A stretch of 64,000 nucleotides of DNA from the NCBI GenBank assembly GCA_963705305.1, contig OY970067.1:5568001-5632000 (forward strand). Reading direction: 5' to 3'. Numbering within the stretch: the stretch's first letter is position 1; every line of letters starts with the position of its first letter. Shown one piece after another: positions 39,670-48,752 of this stretch. This stretch comes from an uncultured Methylomirabilota bacterium. Its GTDB lineage: Bacteria; Methylomirabilota; Methylomirabilia; Methylomirabilales; 2-02-FULL-66-22. Below the pieces are notes generated by a model. The model had not been told where the DNA came from and ran no database searches. It saw only the letters and a program-made list of their open reading frames with translations. Both the position numbers and the translations under genes were made by a program.

Positions 39670-40440
39670 ATGACTCAATGGGTTCGCAAGGGGATCTCCA
39701 GCGGGGTGAAGACCACGCGCTATCCTGATGCCGCAGATACGACGCCGGGCCTGTCCCCGGGACTGCCGCTGGGCGGCGGATATCCGGCGGCCGAGATTTC
39801 CTCGCTCGTCGATCGCTGTCCGACCAAGGCGATCAGCGCGAGGGACGCTGGCGGCGTCGCCGTGGATTACCGTCGCTGCATTCACTGCTTCCGGTGCGCC
39901 CGCGGACCGGGCGCGCCGTTGGCCTGGACTCCGGGCTACGAGTGGGGTGCGCGGGGAGGCGAGGTCTCGCCCGATCCTCTGGGCGCCGCCTTCGAGCGGT
40001 CGCTGTACATTCTGGTCGTGGACGCCGGCGACTGCGGGGCCTGCCTGAGCGAGGTCAGACAGCTCAACAATCCCTACTACAACATGCACCGCCTCGGTTT
40101 CTTCATCACCCCGACCCCCCGGCTGGCGGATGTGCTCCTGGTGGTGGGTCCCGTGACCGACCACATGCGGCGCCCCCTGCAGAAGACGTATGAGGCGATG
40201 CCGACGCCGAAGCGGGTGATGGCCGTGGGGGCCTGCGCCCTCTCGGGCGGCGTCTTCGGACCGAGCTTCGTCTCGGGCGCGGGGGTGGCGGAAGTGCTGT
40301 CCGTCGACGTGGCGGTGCCAGGCTCGCCGCCCCCCCCACTGGCCATCCTGCATGGTCTGCTGGTCCTGGCCGGCCGGAGACCCCCCGCCTCGCTTCTGTC
40401 CCCGGCGCAGACAGCGGGTACGGACGGAGGAGGCCGATGA
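39670..40440 (+). CDS. hyfI: HyfI/NuoB-like small subunit with N-terminal ferredoxin-like segment
   Basis: CPT...CIHCFRC, then DAGDCGAC, PRLADVLLVVGPVT, AVGAC, VPGSPP. Confidence 0.85.
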   Translation: MTQWVRKGISSGVKTTRYPDAADTTPGLSPGLPLGGGYPAAEISSLVDRCPTKAISARDAGGVAVDYRRCIHCFRCARGPGAPLAWTPGYEWGARGGEVSPDPLGAAFERSLYILVVDAGDCGACLSEVRQLNNPYYNMHRLGFFITPTPRLADVLLVVGPVTDHMRRPLQKTYEAMPTPKRVMAVGACALSGGVFGPSFVSGAGVAEVLSVDVAVPGSPPPPLAILHGLLVLAGRRPPASLLSPAQTAGTDGGGR

Positions 40441-42599
40441 ACACCCCTGCCGCCGCCTCGATCGGCCTGTTCCTCGCGCTGTGTGCCGCCGGCATTGGGC
40501 TGACGGCCGCGGTCCCGTCGCAGCGCGTCCCGCGGCTCCTGGCCTGGATCGGCGCGATCGCCTCGCTGCCGGTTCTCTGGGCCGGGGGTGCGGTGCTGGC
40601 AACCGGGCAGGTGCTCAGCATGCGCCTGTGGACGATCCCCGCGTGGGGACCGCTGATGTTACAGATGGACCGGCTGGGAGCCGTTTTCGTCATGGTAGCC
40701 GGGATGGTCTTTCTGCCCGTCTCGATCTTCTGTGCGGGCTATCTGCCTCGCTACCTGGGGCGATACAGCCTTCGGATGTTCGGCGGGATGTATCTGGCCC
40801 TGTATGCGTCCATCGTGTTGATTTTCATCGCCGGCGACGTCCTCCTGTTCCTGTTCGCTTGGGAGGCGATGTCGATCCTTACGTATCTCCTCGTGAATTA
40901 TGAGCACGAGGAGGAAGGACACTCCCAAGCCGGTTATGCCATGCTGGCCATCGGCGAGGCGGGAACGGTTGCCATAGCGCTGGGGCTCCTGCTGCTGGCG
41001 GTCGCGGCGGGCTCGTCGGAATTCGCCGCGATGAAGGCGGGCGCGGCTGTACTCGGTCCTGGTGCTCGATGGGGGGTGTTCCTGCTCACGTTCTTCGGAT
41101 TCGGCGTCAAGGCCGGCCTGGTGCCCACGAACTCCTGGCTGCCACGCGCTCATCCCGTGGCGCCGGGAAATGTCTCGGCGCTCCTCTCAGGTGTGGTCTT
41201 GAACCTGGGGATCTATGGAATTGTGCGCGTCAACCTCGACCTCTTGCCCACCAGCGCAATAGGAATGGGGCTCATTGCGCTGACCATCGGAACGATCTCT
41301 GCCGTTTTGGGTATTCTCTACGCCACCACAGAAAACGATCTCAAAGTGATGCTGGCGCACAGCTCGATCGAGAACATCGGCATCGTGACTGCCGGGCTGG
41401 GGGCAGGCTTTGTATTTACCGCCACCGGGCATTCGAGCTTGGCCGTCATCGCCCTTGTCGCTGCGCTCTACCACATGGTGAACCATTCGATCTACAAGTC
41501 GCTCCTCTTCCTCGGGACGGTAACTGTCGATTCGCAGACCGGAACGCGCGACCTGGACTTGCTCGGAGGGCTCATTCGTCGTATGCCATGGACGGCTCTG
41601 CTTTTCCTGGTCGGGGCACTCTCGATTGCGGCCATGCCGCCGTTCAACGGGTTTGTGAGCGAATGGCTGATGTTGCAGACGGTGCTGCGCAGCGTGGAGC
41701 TGTCATCCGTCGGCGCGAAGCTGGTGTTTGCCGTGTGCGGCGCGGGCCTGGCATTGACCGCCGCACTGGCAGTGACCTGTTTTGTGAAGGCGTTTGCCAT
41801 GGGGTTCCTGGGCATGTCCCGCTCTCCTCAGGCTCGGCGGGCCACGGAAGCACGTGTGTCCGCTCTGGCGCCGATGGCGCTGCTGGCAGCGCTCTGCCTT
41901 GGATTGGGCGTGTTGCCGACCTACGTCATCCCGGTCCTCAGCGAGGCACTGGCGCCTCTGGCGCAAGCCAGCGCAGCGGACGCGCTGGTGCCTCCGTTCT
42001 TCGCCGGCAGTCCGGGACATGCGAGCCTCCCGCGAGGGTTTGCGGTGGAATTCCATGACCTGGGCGCCCAGGTGGGGCAGCACCTCCTGCCGGGCCGCGG
42101 GCTGGTGGTGCTTCATCGGGGCGGACCCGAAAATCCCGTGGTATTCGCCATGTCCACCTCGTACTCCCTGGTGGTCCTGGCACTGCTGCTGGGGCTGGTG
42201 TATGGCCTGGTGGGAGTCTGGGCGGCGCGACGCCGCCGGCTGGTCCGACGGGCGTGCTGGGACGGCGGCGTCGACCGCTTGCTGCCGGAAATGACGTACA
42301 CCGCCACGGGCTTCTCGAATCCGGTGCGAGTCATTTTCGACGCCGTATTCCGCCCCACGATGGCCAGGGAGGGACCAGAGACCGTAGCCAGCCACTTCCG
42401 GATGGCCATCCAGAAGGGGCGCCAGGAGACCTATATCGTCGACCGGCTCTTCCTTCATCCGGTCCGGCGCGGGGCCATGGCGGTCGCCCGCCAGTTGGCG
42501 AGGATGCACAACGGCCGAGTCAACGCGTATATCGGGTACGTCCTCGCCGCCCTGCTGCTGGTCTTGCTGGCGGCCTGGCTCGGAGGGGCCGCGGGCTGA
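40437..42599 (+). CDS. hyfB: Hydrogenase-4/Ehr antiporter-like subunit B
   Basis: FAWEAMS, GFGVKAGLVP..WLPRAHPVAP, LAHSSIENIG, PPFNGFVSEW, YTATGFS. Confidence 0.85.
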   Translation: MNTPAAASIGLFLALCAAGIGLTAAVPSQRVPRLLAWIGAIASLPVLWAGGAVLATGQVLSMRLWTIPAWGPLMLQMDRLGAVFVMVAGMVFLPVSIFCAGYLPRYLGRYSLRMFGGMYLALYASIVLIFIAGDVLLFLFAWEAMSILTYLLVNYEHEEEGHSQAGYAMLAIGEAGTVAIALGLLLLAVAAGSSEFAAMKAGAAVLGPGARWGVFLLTFFGFGVKAGLVPTNSWLPRAHPVAPGNVSALLSGVVLNLGIYGIVRVNLDLLPTSAIGMGLIALTIGTISAVLGILYATTENDLKVMLAHSSIENIGIVTAGLGAGFVFTATGHSSLAVIALVAALYHMVNHSIYKSLLFLGTVTVDSQTGTRDLDLLGGLIRRMPWTALLFLVGALSIAAMPPFNGFVSEWLMLQTVLRSVELSSVGAKLVFAVCGAGLALTAALAVTCFVKAFAMGFLGMSRSPQARRATEARVSALAPMALLAALCLGLGVLPTYVIPVLSEALAPLAQASAADALVPPFFAGSPGHASLPRGFAVEFHDLGAQVGQHLLPGRGLVVLHRGGPENPVVFAMSTSYSLVVLALLLGLVYGLVGVWAARRRRLVRRACWDGGVDRLLPEMTYTATGFSNPVRVIFDAVFRPTMAREGPETVASHFRMAIQKGRQETYIVDRLFLHPVRRGAMAVARQLARMHNGRVNAYIGYVLAALLLVLLAAWLGGAAG

Positions 42600-42675
42600 G
42601 CCCGCGAGGCTTTGCGGGGCAGGGCGGCCGGTCGCGAAGTGCGCCCACGATCGCGGCCGGACAATCCGCGAAGGG

Positions 42676-42704
42676 TTGACATGCCCCAGACCGGCGCCTA
42701 AACT
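42676..42704 (+). promoter_or_regulatory. sigma70-type promoter for riboswitch 4
   Basis: TTGACA-17 nt-TAAACT. Confidence 0.75.
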
Positions 42705-42714
42705 CTTGATGGGT

Positions 42715-42760
42715 GGGGATGGAGTCCCCCGTAACCGCCTCACCGGCTGATGACTCCTAC
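42715..42760 (+). ncRNA. Fluoride riboswitch (crcB motif) aptamer 4, canonical
   Basis: GGGGATGGAGTCCCCCGTAACCGCC-TCACC-GGCTGATGACTCCTAC: P1, AACC linker, P2 and pseudoknot all present. Confidence 0.92.
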
Positions 42761-42836
42761 CGAGGCCTTTGTCGGCCGGAGTTTCGACCTGTGAGGAAGA
42801 GCAGCTCCTGCAGGCGACGGCCTGGAGGAGTTTTTT

Positions 42837-44531
42837 ATGGACGCGATCAGGTCCGCACCGCCTGCATCCCTGGGAGGCCCGCTCCACCCCTCACCGCCAT
42901 CGGCGCTGGAGGAGGTCGGGGCGATCTGCCGCCGGTTTCGCCTCGACGCCCTGCGGCCACAGCTCGACGCCTGCACCGCGCTCCTGCAGGATGGGGAGGT
43001 GGTCGACGTCGCCGTGGTGGGACGCTTCAAGGCCGGGAAGAGCTCCTTCCTGAACAGCGTCGTAGGCGGGGACTTGTTGCCGGTGGCCGCCCTGCCTCTC
43101 ACGGCCGTGATCACCCGCCTGCGCTATGGTGCGAGCGACCGCTCGGTGGTCAAACATTTGGATGGCACCGAGCGGGAGATCCCCGTGGACGACCTCCGCG
43201 AGTACGTCACGGAACAGCGGAACCCCGCCAACACCAAGGCCGTCGCCATGGTCGAGGTGGAGCTATCCTCCCTACGGCCCTACCAGGGGATCCGCTTCGT
43301 GGACACGCCGGGCCTGGGCAGCGTCTTCACCCACAACACCCGCGCCTCGATGGATTGGCTGCCGCGGATCGGGGCGGCGCTCCTTGCGATCAGCGCCGAC
43401 CAGCCCCTGTCGGAGCATGATATGACCTTGCTGGCCGAGCTGGCCAAGCACACGCCGGAGATCTCGATCCTTCTCACCAAGGCGGATCTGGTGAGCTCCG
43501 GCGAGCTCGCGGACATCATCCGCTTCATCAGGGATCAGGTCGGCTCGACAATCCCCGGTGCGGTGCGCGTACTGCCTTTCTCCGTACGGCCCGGGTTCGA
43601 GCCCCAGCGTGCCGGGGTCCGGGAGTACCTGCTTGGGCGAGTTGCCGAGCACCACGAAGAGACCTCCAGGAGCATCCTCCGGTACAAACTCCAGCGGCTG
43701 ACGGCTGACTGCCGGCAGTACCTGGAGGTGGCGCTGGCAGCGGCCTCGGCGGCGGCGGAGGCGCGGACGCGGCTGCAGGAAGCGCTCCGGCGGGAACGGA
43801 CCCAGCTGGAGGCCGTGGGGAATGAGATCCGGATCGTGGCGCAGGACCTCAAGGGTCGGCTGATGGCAGACGCGCTGGAGCGATACGTCGCCCACACCCG
43901 CGAGCTCGTGGCGAGTTTGACGGCCGGGCTGCGGGCCGCCATGCCCGGGTGGAGAGGCGACCTGCGTAAGACGGCCGAACAGTTCGCCCAGTGGACCTAT
44001 GAGGCCATCGAAGAACAGCTTGGCCCGCATTCCCACCAACACGGAGAGGAGCTGATCGCGCGGCACCTGACGTCCGCCCAGGCCAGCCTTTCCCGTGTGG
44101 TGCAGGCCTTCCAGGACCGATTGGCACAGGCGGTCGCGGAGGCGCTCCATACGCCATTCGCGGGGGCCCGCTTCGATGCCGCGGTCCGGTCCCCCGAGCG
44201 GCCGGACGTCCGGGTGAGCCGGGTCTTCGACATTCCGTTCGAGATCCTCTGGTTCCTGATCCCCATGACCGTCTTCCGCCCCCTGGTGAACCGGCACTTC
44301 GTCCGCAGGCTCCCCTGGGAGGTTGAGAAGAATCTCCACCGATTGGCGATGCAGTGGGCGCAAGCCATCGGAGCCTCCATCGACGATCTGGCCCGCCAGG
44401 CGCGGGAGTTCATGTGGGAGGAGCTGGCCACCATCGACCGGTTGGTGTCCGAGAGCCAGGACCAGCGACCGGCCCTGGAGGGCGCCCTGGCGACGCTGGA
44501 GGCCGTCGGGCGAGCGGGTGAGGAGCAATAG
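42837..44531 (+). CDS. Dynamin-like (BDLP/Dynamin_N) GTPase
   Basis: G1 GRFKAGKSS, G2 PLT, G3 DTPG, G4 TKAD; long helical C-terminus with hydrophobic paddle FEILWFLIPM. Confidence 0.85.
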   Translation: MDAIRSAPPASLGGPLHPSPPSALEEVGAICRRFRLDALRPQLDACTALLQDGEVVDVAVVGRFKAGKSSFLNSVVGGDLLPVAALPLTAVITRLRYGASDRSVVKHLDGTEREIPVDDLREYVTEQRNPANTKAVAMVEVELSSLRPYQGIRFVDTPGLGSVFTHNTRASMDWLPRIGAALLAISADQPLSEHDMTLLAELAKHTPEISILLTKADLVSSGELADIIRFIRDQVGSTIPGAVRVLPFSVRPGFEPQRAGVREYLLGRVAEHHEETSRSILRYKLQRLTADCRQYLEVALAAASAAAEARTRLQEALRRERTQLEAVGNEIRIVAQDLKGRLMADALERYVAHTRELVASLTAGLRAAMPGWRGDLRKTAEQFAQWTYEAIEEQLGPHSHQHGEELIARHLTSAQASLSRVVQAFQDRLAQAVAEALHTPFAGARFDAAVRSPERPDVRVSRVFDIPFEILWFLIPMTVFRPLVNRHFVRRLPWEVEKNLHRLAMQWAQAIGASIDDLARQAREFMWEELATIDRLVSESQDQRPALEGALATLEAVGRAGEEQ

Positions 44532-44778
44532 GCGTGAGGCGCGGCCGGCCTGTACGTCCGCGCTTCGGTGCCCGCCGAGGAATGCGCGCAGACCGCATGG
44601 ATGGCCACGCCGGAGAAGTCCCGCGTCCGAAATGAACTACCCCGCGGCAAGTCGCGGGGGATGAACCCTCATGGATTCACCCGGTCCCGCAAGTCCCAGA
44701 ATTCTTCACCATAGGCCCCGTCCGGCGATTCTCCCCCGTGCCCCTCTGATCGGATTCACGATGTGATATGATCCCCGC

Positions 44779-46392
44779 ATGACCAACCAGATGCTCTTCA
44801 CGCTCTTCGGCGGGACGGCCCTCCTGCTCTACGGGATGCAGCTCGTCCGCGAGGGCCTCCAGACCGTGGCCGGCGGGCGGATGCGCCAGATCCTCGGATC
44901 CATGACCGGGAACCGCGTGAAGGGGGTGCTGGCAGGCGCCTTCGTCACGGCCGTCGTGCAATCCTCCGGTGCGACGACCCTCATGCTGGTGGGATTCGCC
45001 AATTCCGGCCTGATCAGTCTTGCCCAGAGCATCGGCGTGATCCTGGGCGCGGACATCGGCACCACCTTCACCGTCCAACTGATCTCGTTCCAGATCTTCG
45101 AGTATGCCCTCCTCCTGACGGGCGTGGGCTTCCTCCTGATCTTCGTCTGCAAGCGCAGGATCCTGAAGTCCACCGGTCAGGCGATCCTGGGGTTCAGCCT
45201 GATCTTCCTGTCTATCGAGTACATGGCCAAGGCCATGGCGCCGCTCCGCGACAGCGAGGTGGTCCGCATCCTCCTCGCTTCGCTTGGGCAGCAGCCGATC
45301 CTTGGCGTGTGCGTGGGGGCGGCCCTCGCCGCGCTGGTCCTCAGCTCCGCCGCCACCATCGGCCTCGTCCTCACCCTGGCCCTACAGGGGATCCTGAGTC
45401 TCCAGTCGGCCATCCCGATCGTCCTCGGAGCCAACATCGGCACCTGCGCCACGGCGCTGGCCGGCTCCATCGGAACGACGACCGTGGCGCGGCGGGTGGC
45501 CCTCGCCCACATCCTGTTCAAGGTGGCGGGGACCCTGGTGTTCCTGCCGTTCCTCGGCCCGTTTGCCCGTGCGGTGCAATGGACCGCGGCCGATACGGCG
45601 CGGCAGATCGCCAACGCCCACACGCTCTTCAACCTCGTGATCACTGTCGCCTTCCTCCCCTTCACCCCGCTCTTCGCCACCCTGCTCGCGCATCTGGTGC
45701 CCGAGGCGCAGGCGAGGGACGGCGTTTTCGGCGCAAGATACCTCGAGGAGCGGATGCTGGACACGCCGGCGCTGGCCCTCGGGCAGGCAACGCGCGAGGC
45801 GCTCCGTGTGGGGGATATCGTCTCGGAGATGCTCGCCCAGAGCCTACCGGCCCTGTCCCGGAACGATCCCGATCTCGTGGAATTCATCAAGGAGAAAGAC
45901 AATCAGGTGGATGCCCTCTACCGGGATATCAAGCACTACCTCACCCGGCTCTCCGGAGAGCGGCTCACCGACACCCAGGCGCGGCGCAAGATGACCATCC
46001 TCGCCTTCGCCGACAACATGGAGAGCATCGGCGACATCGTGGACCGTAACCTCATGGAGCTGGCCAAGAAGCGACTGCGGAGGGGCGTGCGCTTCTCCGA
46101 CCCCGGGATCCAGGAGATCGGGGCGCTGCACAAGCAGGTGCTCGAGAGCGCGGAGCTGGCGATCGCCGCCTTCGGAAGCAGCGATATGATCCTGGCTCGG
46201 CGCGTCCTGGATCAGAAGCAGGAAATCGGGCGGAACGGACGGATGCTCCGTCAGGCGCACATCCAGCGGCTGCACGACGGGCTGCGGGAGTCGATGGAGA
46301 CCAGCGAGATCCACCTGGACATCCTCACCAACCTCCAGCGGATCAGCTCGCACCTCGGCGCGATCGCCGTCCCAATCCTGGAAAGCGCCTAG
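44779..46392 (+). CDS. Na/Pi cotransporter family protein with C-terminal PhoU domains
   Basis: VQSSGAT, GADIGTT, GANIGT, IANAHTLFN, NMESIGD, HIQRL. Confidence 0.88.
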   Translation: MTNQMLFTLFGGTALLLYGMQLVREGLQTVAGGRMRQILGSMTGNRVKGVLAGAFVTAVVQSSGATTLMLVGFANSGLISLAQSIGVILGADIGTTFTVQLISFQIFEYALLLTGVGFLLIFVCKRRILKSTGQAILGFSLIFLSIEYMAKAMAPLRDSEVVRILLASLGQQPILGVCVGAALAALVLSSAATIGLVLTLALQGILSLQSAIPIVLGANIGTCATALAGSIGTTTVARRVALAHILFKVAGTLVFLPFLGPFARAVQWTAADTARQIANAHTLFNLVITVAFLPFTPLFATLLAHLVPEAQARDGVFGARYLEERMLDTPALALGQATREALRVGDIVSEMLAQSLPALSRNDPDLVEFIKEKDNQVDALYRDIKHYLTRLSGERLTDTQARRKMTILAFADNMESIGDIVDRNLMELAKKRLRRGVRFSDPGIQEIGALHKQVLESAELAIAAFGSSDMILARRVLDQKQEIGRNGRMLRQAHIQRLHDGLRESMETSEIHLDILTNLQRISSHLGAIAVPILESA

Positions 46393-46489
46393 CATCCTGC
46401 GAGGCGACGCCGCGGCAACCTATCCGCGAGGGACGCGCCCCTGTGCCCGCCGGGGCGCGGGGGATTAATTCACCTCAATCCGAGATTCT

Positions 46490-46578
46490 TCAACCGCCAG
46501 GGCGTCATGGGAAAAATTCAAATTCCGAAGTTCGAATTTCGAAATTGAAAGGCGTGATCCTGGCGTCATGGCGGTCAA
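46490..46578. repeat. REP-like imperfect palindrome with AT-rich heptad-like core
   Basis: ACCGCCAGGGCGTCATGG ... CCTGGCGTCATGGCGGT arms around AAATTCAAATTCCGAAGTTCGAATTTCGAAATTGAAA; between convergent genes. Confidence 0.5.
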
Positions 46579-46598
46579 CGTCTTTCCCGGATCAGGGC

Positions 46599-47336
46599 TC
46601 ACAGAACCCATTTTCGCTTCACATTCGTCAGAGTAATCAAGAACAACGCGGCGCAGAAGGCGGCCACCACGAGGAAGTCGAGAGAGAGGGAGAGCGCATT
46701 GGCCCGGCGAACCGCCCCGTGCAGGATGTCCGTCCCATAGGTGAGGGGCAGGGCATATGCCAGTGGTCGGAGCCACGTCGGAAGCTGGGCGACGGGAAAG
46801 AACAGGCCGCACAGGAAGATCATCGGAAAGCGAAAGAAGTTGGAGAGCGTCTGCGCCTCGAACACTTCCTTGACCGCCACAGCCACGAACAGGCCCAGGA
46901 AAGCGGAGACCACGGCGATCAGGACGATGCCGGGAACCATGACCACCCACGCGACACCCAGGAGTCTCCCCAGGCAGGCGGCCATCAGGATGGGGACGAA
47001 CGCATTGGCCACGCCGAAGAGGATCGCCCCCGCCGTCTTGGCCAGCATGAGCAGCTCCAGCGGGATCGGCGCCAAGAGCAGGCGCTCGAAGGACCGGCCC
47101 CGCTTTTCGAATGTGACCGTGACGGCCAGCAGGGAGGTCGTGCCGAAAAGGATGGAGATCGCCACCACTCCGGGCAGAAGGGCCGGGATCCCCTCCAGGC
47201 CCGTGCCCGACTTGATGAAGAACATCCCGGTCCACGCCAGGGGGAACAGCAATCCCCAGCTCACGTTCGGCGGTTTGAGATAGTAGGTGCGCGCATCTTT
47301 CCAGAGGATCTGCCAGAAGGCGATCCATATCCTCAT
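46599..47336 (-). CDS. ABC-2 type exporter permease
   Basis: FERLLLAPI, PMIFLCGLFFPV, LPLTY. Confidence 0.85.
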   Translation of the reverse strand: MRIWIAFWQILWKDARTYYLKPPNVSWGLLFPLAWTGMFFIKSGTGLEGIPALLPGVVAISILFGTTSLLAVTVTFEKRGRSFERLLLAPIPLELLMLAKTAGAILFGVANAFVPILMAACLGRLLGVAWVVMVPGIVLIAVVSAFLGLFVAVAVKEVFEAQTLSNFFRFPMIFLCGLFFPVAQLPTWLRPLAYALPLTYGTDILHGAVRRANALSLSLDFLVVAAFCAALFLITLTNVKRKWVL

Positions 47337-48319
47337 GCCGCGGCCCCCTGCTTCTCCCGCTCCTTCCGCATCTCCTCGGCGGCAATCCCGGTGACCCTGA
47401 TGAAGACTTCCTCCAGGGACTGTCGCACGACCCGTGCCTCGAAGACTTCCACGCCGCGCTCGTCGAGGAAGCGCAGCAGCGGGAAGAGGTTGACCGGTTC
47501 AGAAGAGGTGAGCCGGAGGCGAATGCCCGCCGCCTGGCAGCTCACGCCGGGAAAGGCGTCACGGATGTCCCCGCAGACCTCCGGATGCTCAACGCCGAGG
47601 AGCAGCTCGACGGCATGCCGGCCCTTGGCCTCCTGCAGCAGGCTCTCCACCCTGTCCAGAGTGACGACCCGCCCGGAGACGATGAAGGCAATCCGCTGGC
47701 AGAGGCGCTCCGCCTCTTCGATGTAGTGCGTGGTGAGGAAGATCGTCGTCCCGTTCCGATTCAATCCTGCCAGGAGCTGCCGGATCTGGCGGGCGCTGGC
47801 CACGTCGATGCCCGTGGTCGGCTCGTCCAGAAAGAGGACGGGCGGCCGGTGCATGAGTCCGGCCGCAATGGCGAGCTTCCGCTTCATGCCCTTCGAGTAC
47901 TGTCCGAAGCGCCGCGGACCGACCTCGGCCAGGCCGAAGGTCTCGAGCAGCTCCCGCGCCCGCGTCTCGCGGTTGGCGCGGCGCATGCCGTACAGGGCCC
48001 CGCAGAAGCACAAATTCGCGAAGCCGTCCAGTTCCGGATAGAGGTTGCTCTCGTCCGGGACCACCCCCATGAGATGCTGGGCAGCCTTCACGCGGCGCGT
48101 GTAATCCCGGCCGAAGTACCGGATCGTGCCTGCCGAGGGCCGGGCCAGGCCCGTCAGCATGTTGATGGTCGTGGTCTTCCCGGCCCCGTTGGGTCCCAGG
48201 AAGCCGAAGACCTCCCCCGGGGGGACGGCGAAGGAGATCCCGTCCACCGCCGTGACGTCCCCGAAGCGCTTGGCCAGGCCCTCTGCTTCGATGGCGGAGG
48301 GCTCATCCATAGAGGTCAT
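47333..48319 (-). CDS. ABC-2 type exporter ATP-binding protein
   Basis: GPNGAGKTT, YSKGMKRK, LFLDEPT, TTHYIEEAE. Confidence 0.9.
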   Translation of the reverse strand: MTSMDEPSAIEAEGLAKRFGDVTAVDGISFAVPPGEVFGFLGPNGAGKTTTINMLTGLARPSAGTIRYFGRDYTRRVKAAQHLMGVVPDESNLYPELDGFANLCFCGALYGMRRANRETRARELLETFGLAEVGPRRFGQYSKGMKRKLAIAAGLMHRPPVLFLDEPTTGIDVASARQIRQLLAGLNRNGTTIFLTTHYIEEAERLCQRIAFIVSGRVVTLDRVESLLQEAKGRHAVELLLGVEHPEVCGDIRDAFPGVSCQAAGIRLRLTSSEPVNLFPLLRFLDERGVEVFEARVVRQSLEEVFIRVTGIAAEEMRKEREKQGAAA

Positions 48320-48453
48320 TCTTTCTTTCCGCTGGGTGCGCACGGGTGATCCTTCCCCGTGCCATGCCATTTCTGGATTTGCTCCGGTGTGCATTTCTGC
48401 GCGATTCCCTTGAGCTGGTCGGGTTTCTGACACGTCGTCTTGCGCTGGGACAT
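48316..48453 (-). CDS. Small Cys/His-containing protein (45 aa), not in ORF track
   Basis: MSQRKTTCQKPDQLKGIAQKCTPEQIQKWHGTGKDHPCAPSGKKE; SD GGAGGAG; stop overlaps next ATG (ATGA). Confidence 0.7.
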   Translation of the reverse strand: MSQRKTTCQKPDQLKGIAQKCTPEQIQKWHGTGKDHPCAPSGKKE

Positions 48454-48464
48454 GACGCTCCTCC

Positions 48465-48752
48465 TCAGGATGGGCGCAGCAGGCGGTCCGCCAATTCCCG
48501 CCAGCGCGCCAGGGTCGCCTCGTTGACCACGTAGTGGACGAAATAGCCCCGCTTGTCGGCCGTCACCAGATCGCAGTCCCGCAGCACCCGAAGGTGCTGA
48601 GAGACAGCCGCAGGAGTGATCCGCAGCTCCCGCGCGAGCGCGTTAACGCAGAGGGCGCGGGCCTTCAGCAGCTCCAGCATCCGCACTCGCGTATTCACCG
48701 AGAGCGCCTTGAACACCCGCGCCAGTTCCGCGGGCTGGCTCGCTTGTGACAT
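48465..48752 (-). CDS. ArsR/SmtB family transcriptional regulator
   Basis: FKALSVNTRVRML, LCVNALA, AVSQHLRVL, KRGYFVHY. Confidence 0.9.
   Translation of the reverse strand: MSQASQPAELARVFKALSVNTRVRMLELLKARALCVNALARELRITPAAVSQHLRVLRDCDLVTADKRGYFVHYVVNEATLARWRELADRLLRPS

Noticed and set aside
17834..46392. Island as an integrative mobile element or prophage
   Set aside because: No integrase, transposase, tRNA target or flanking direct repeats were seen.
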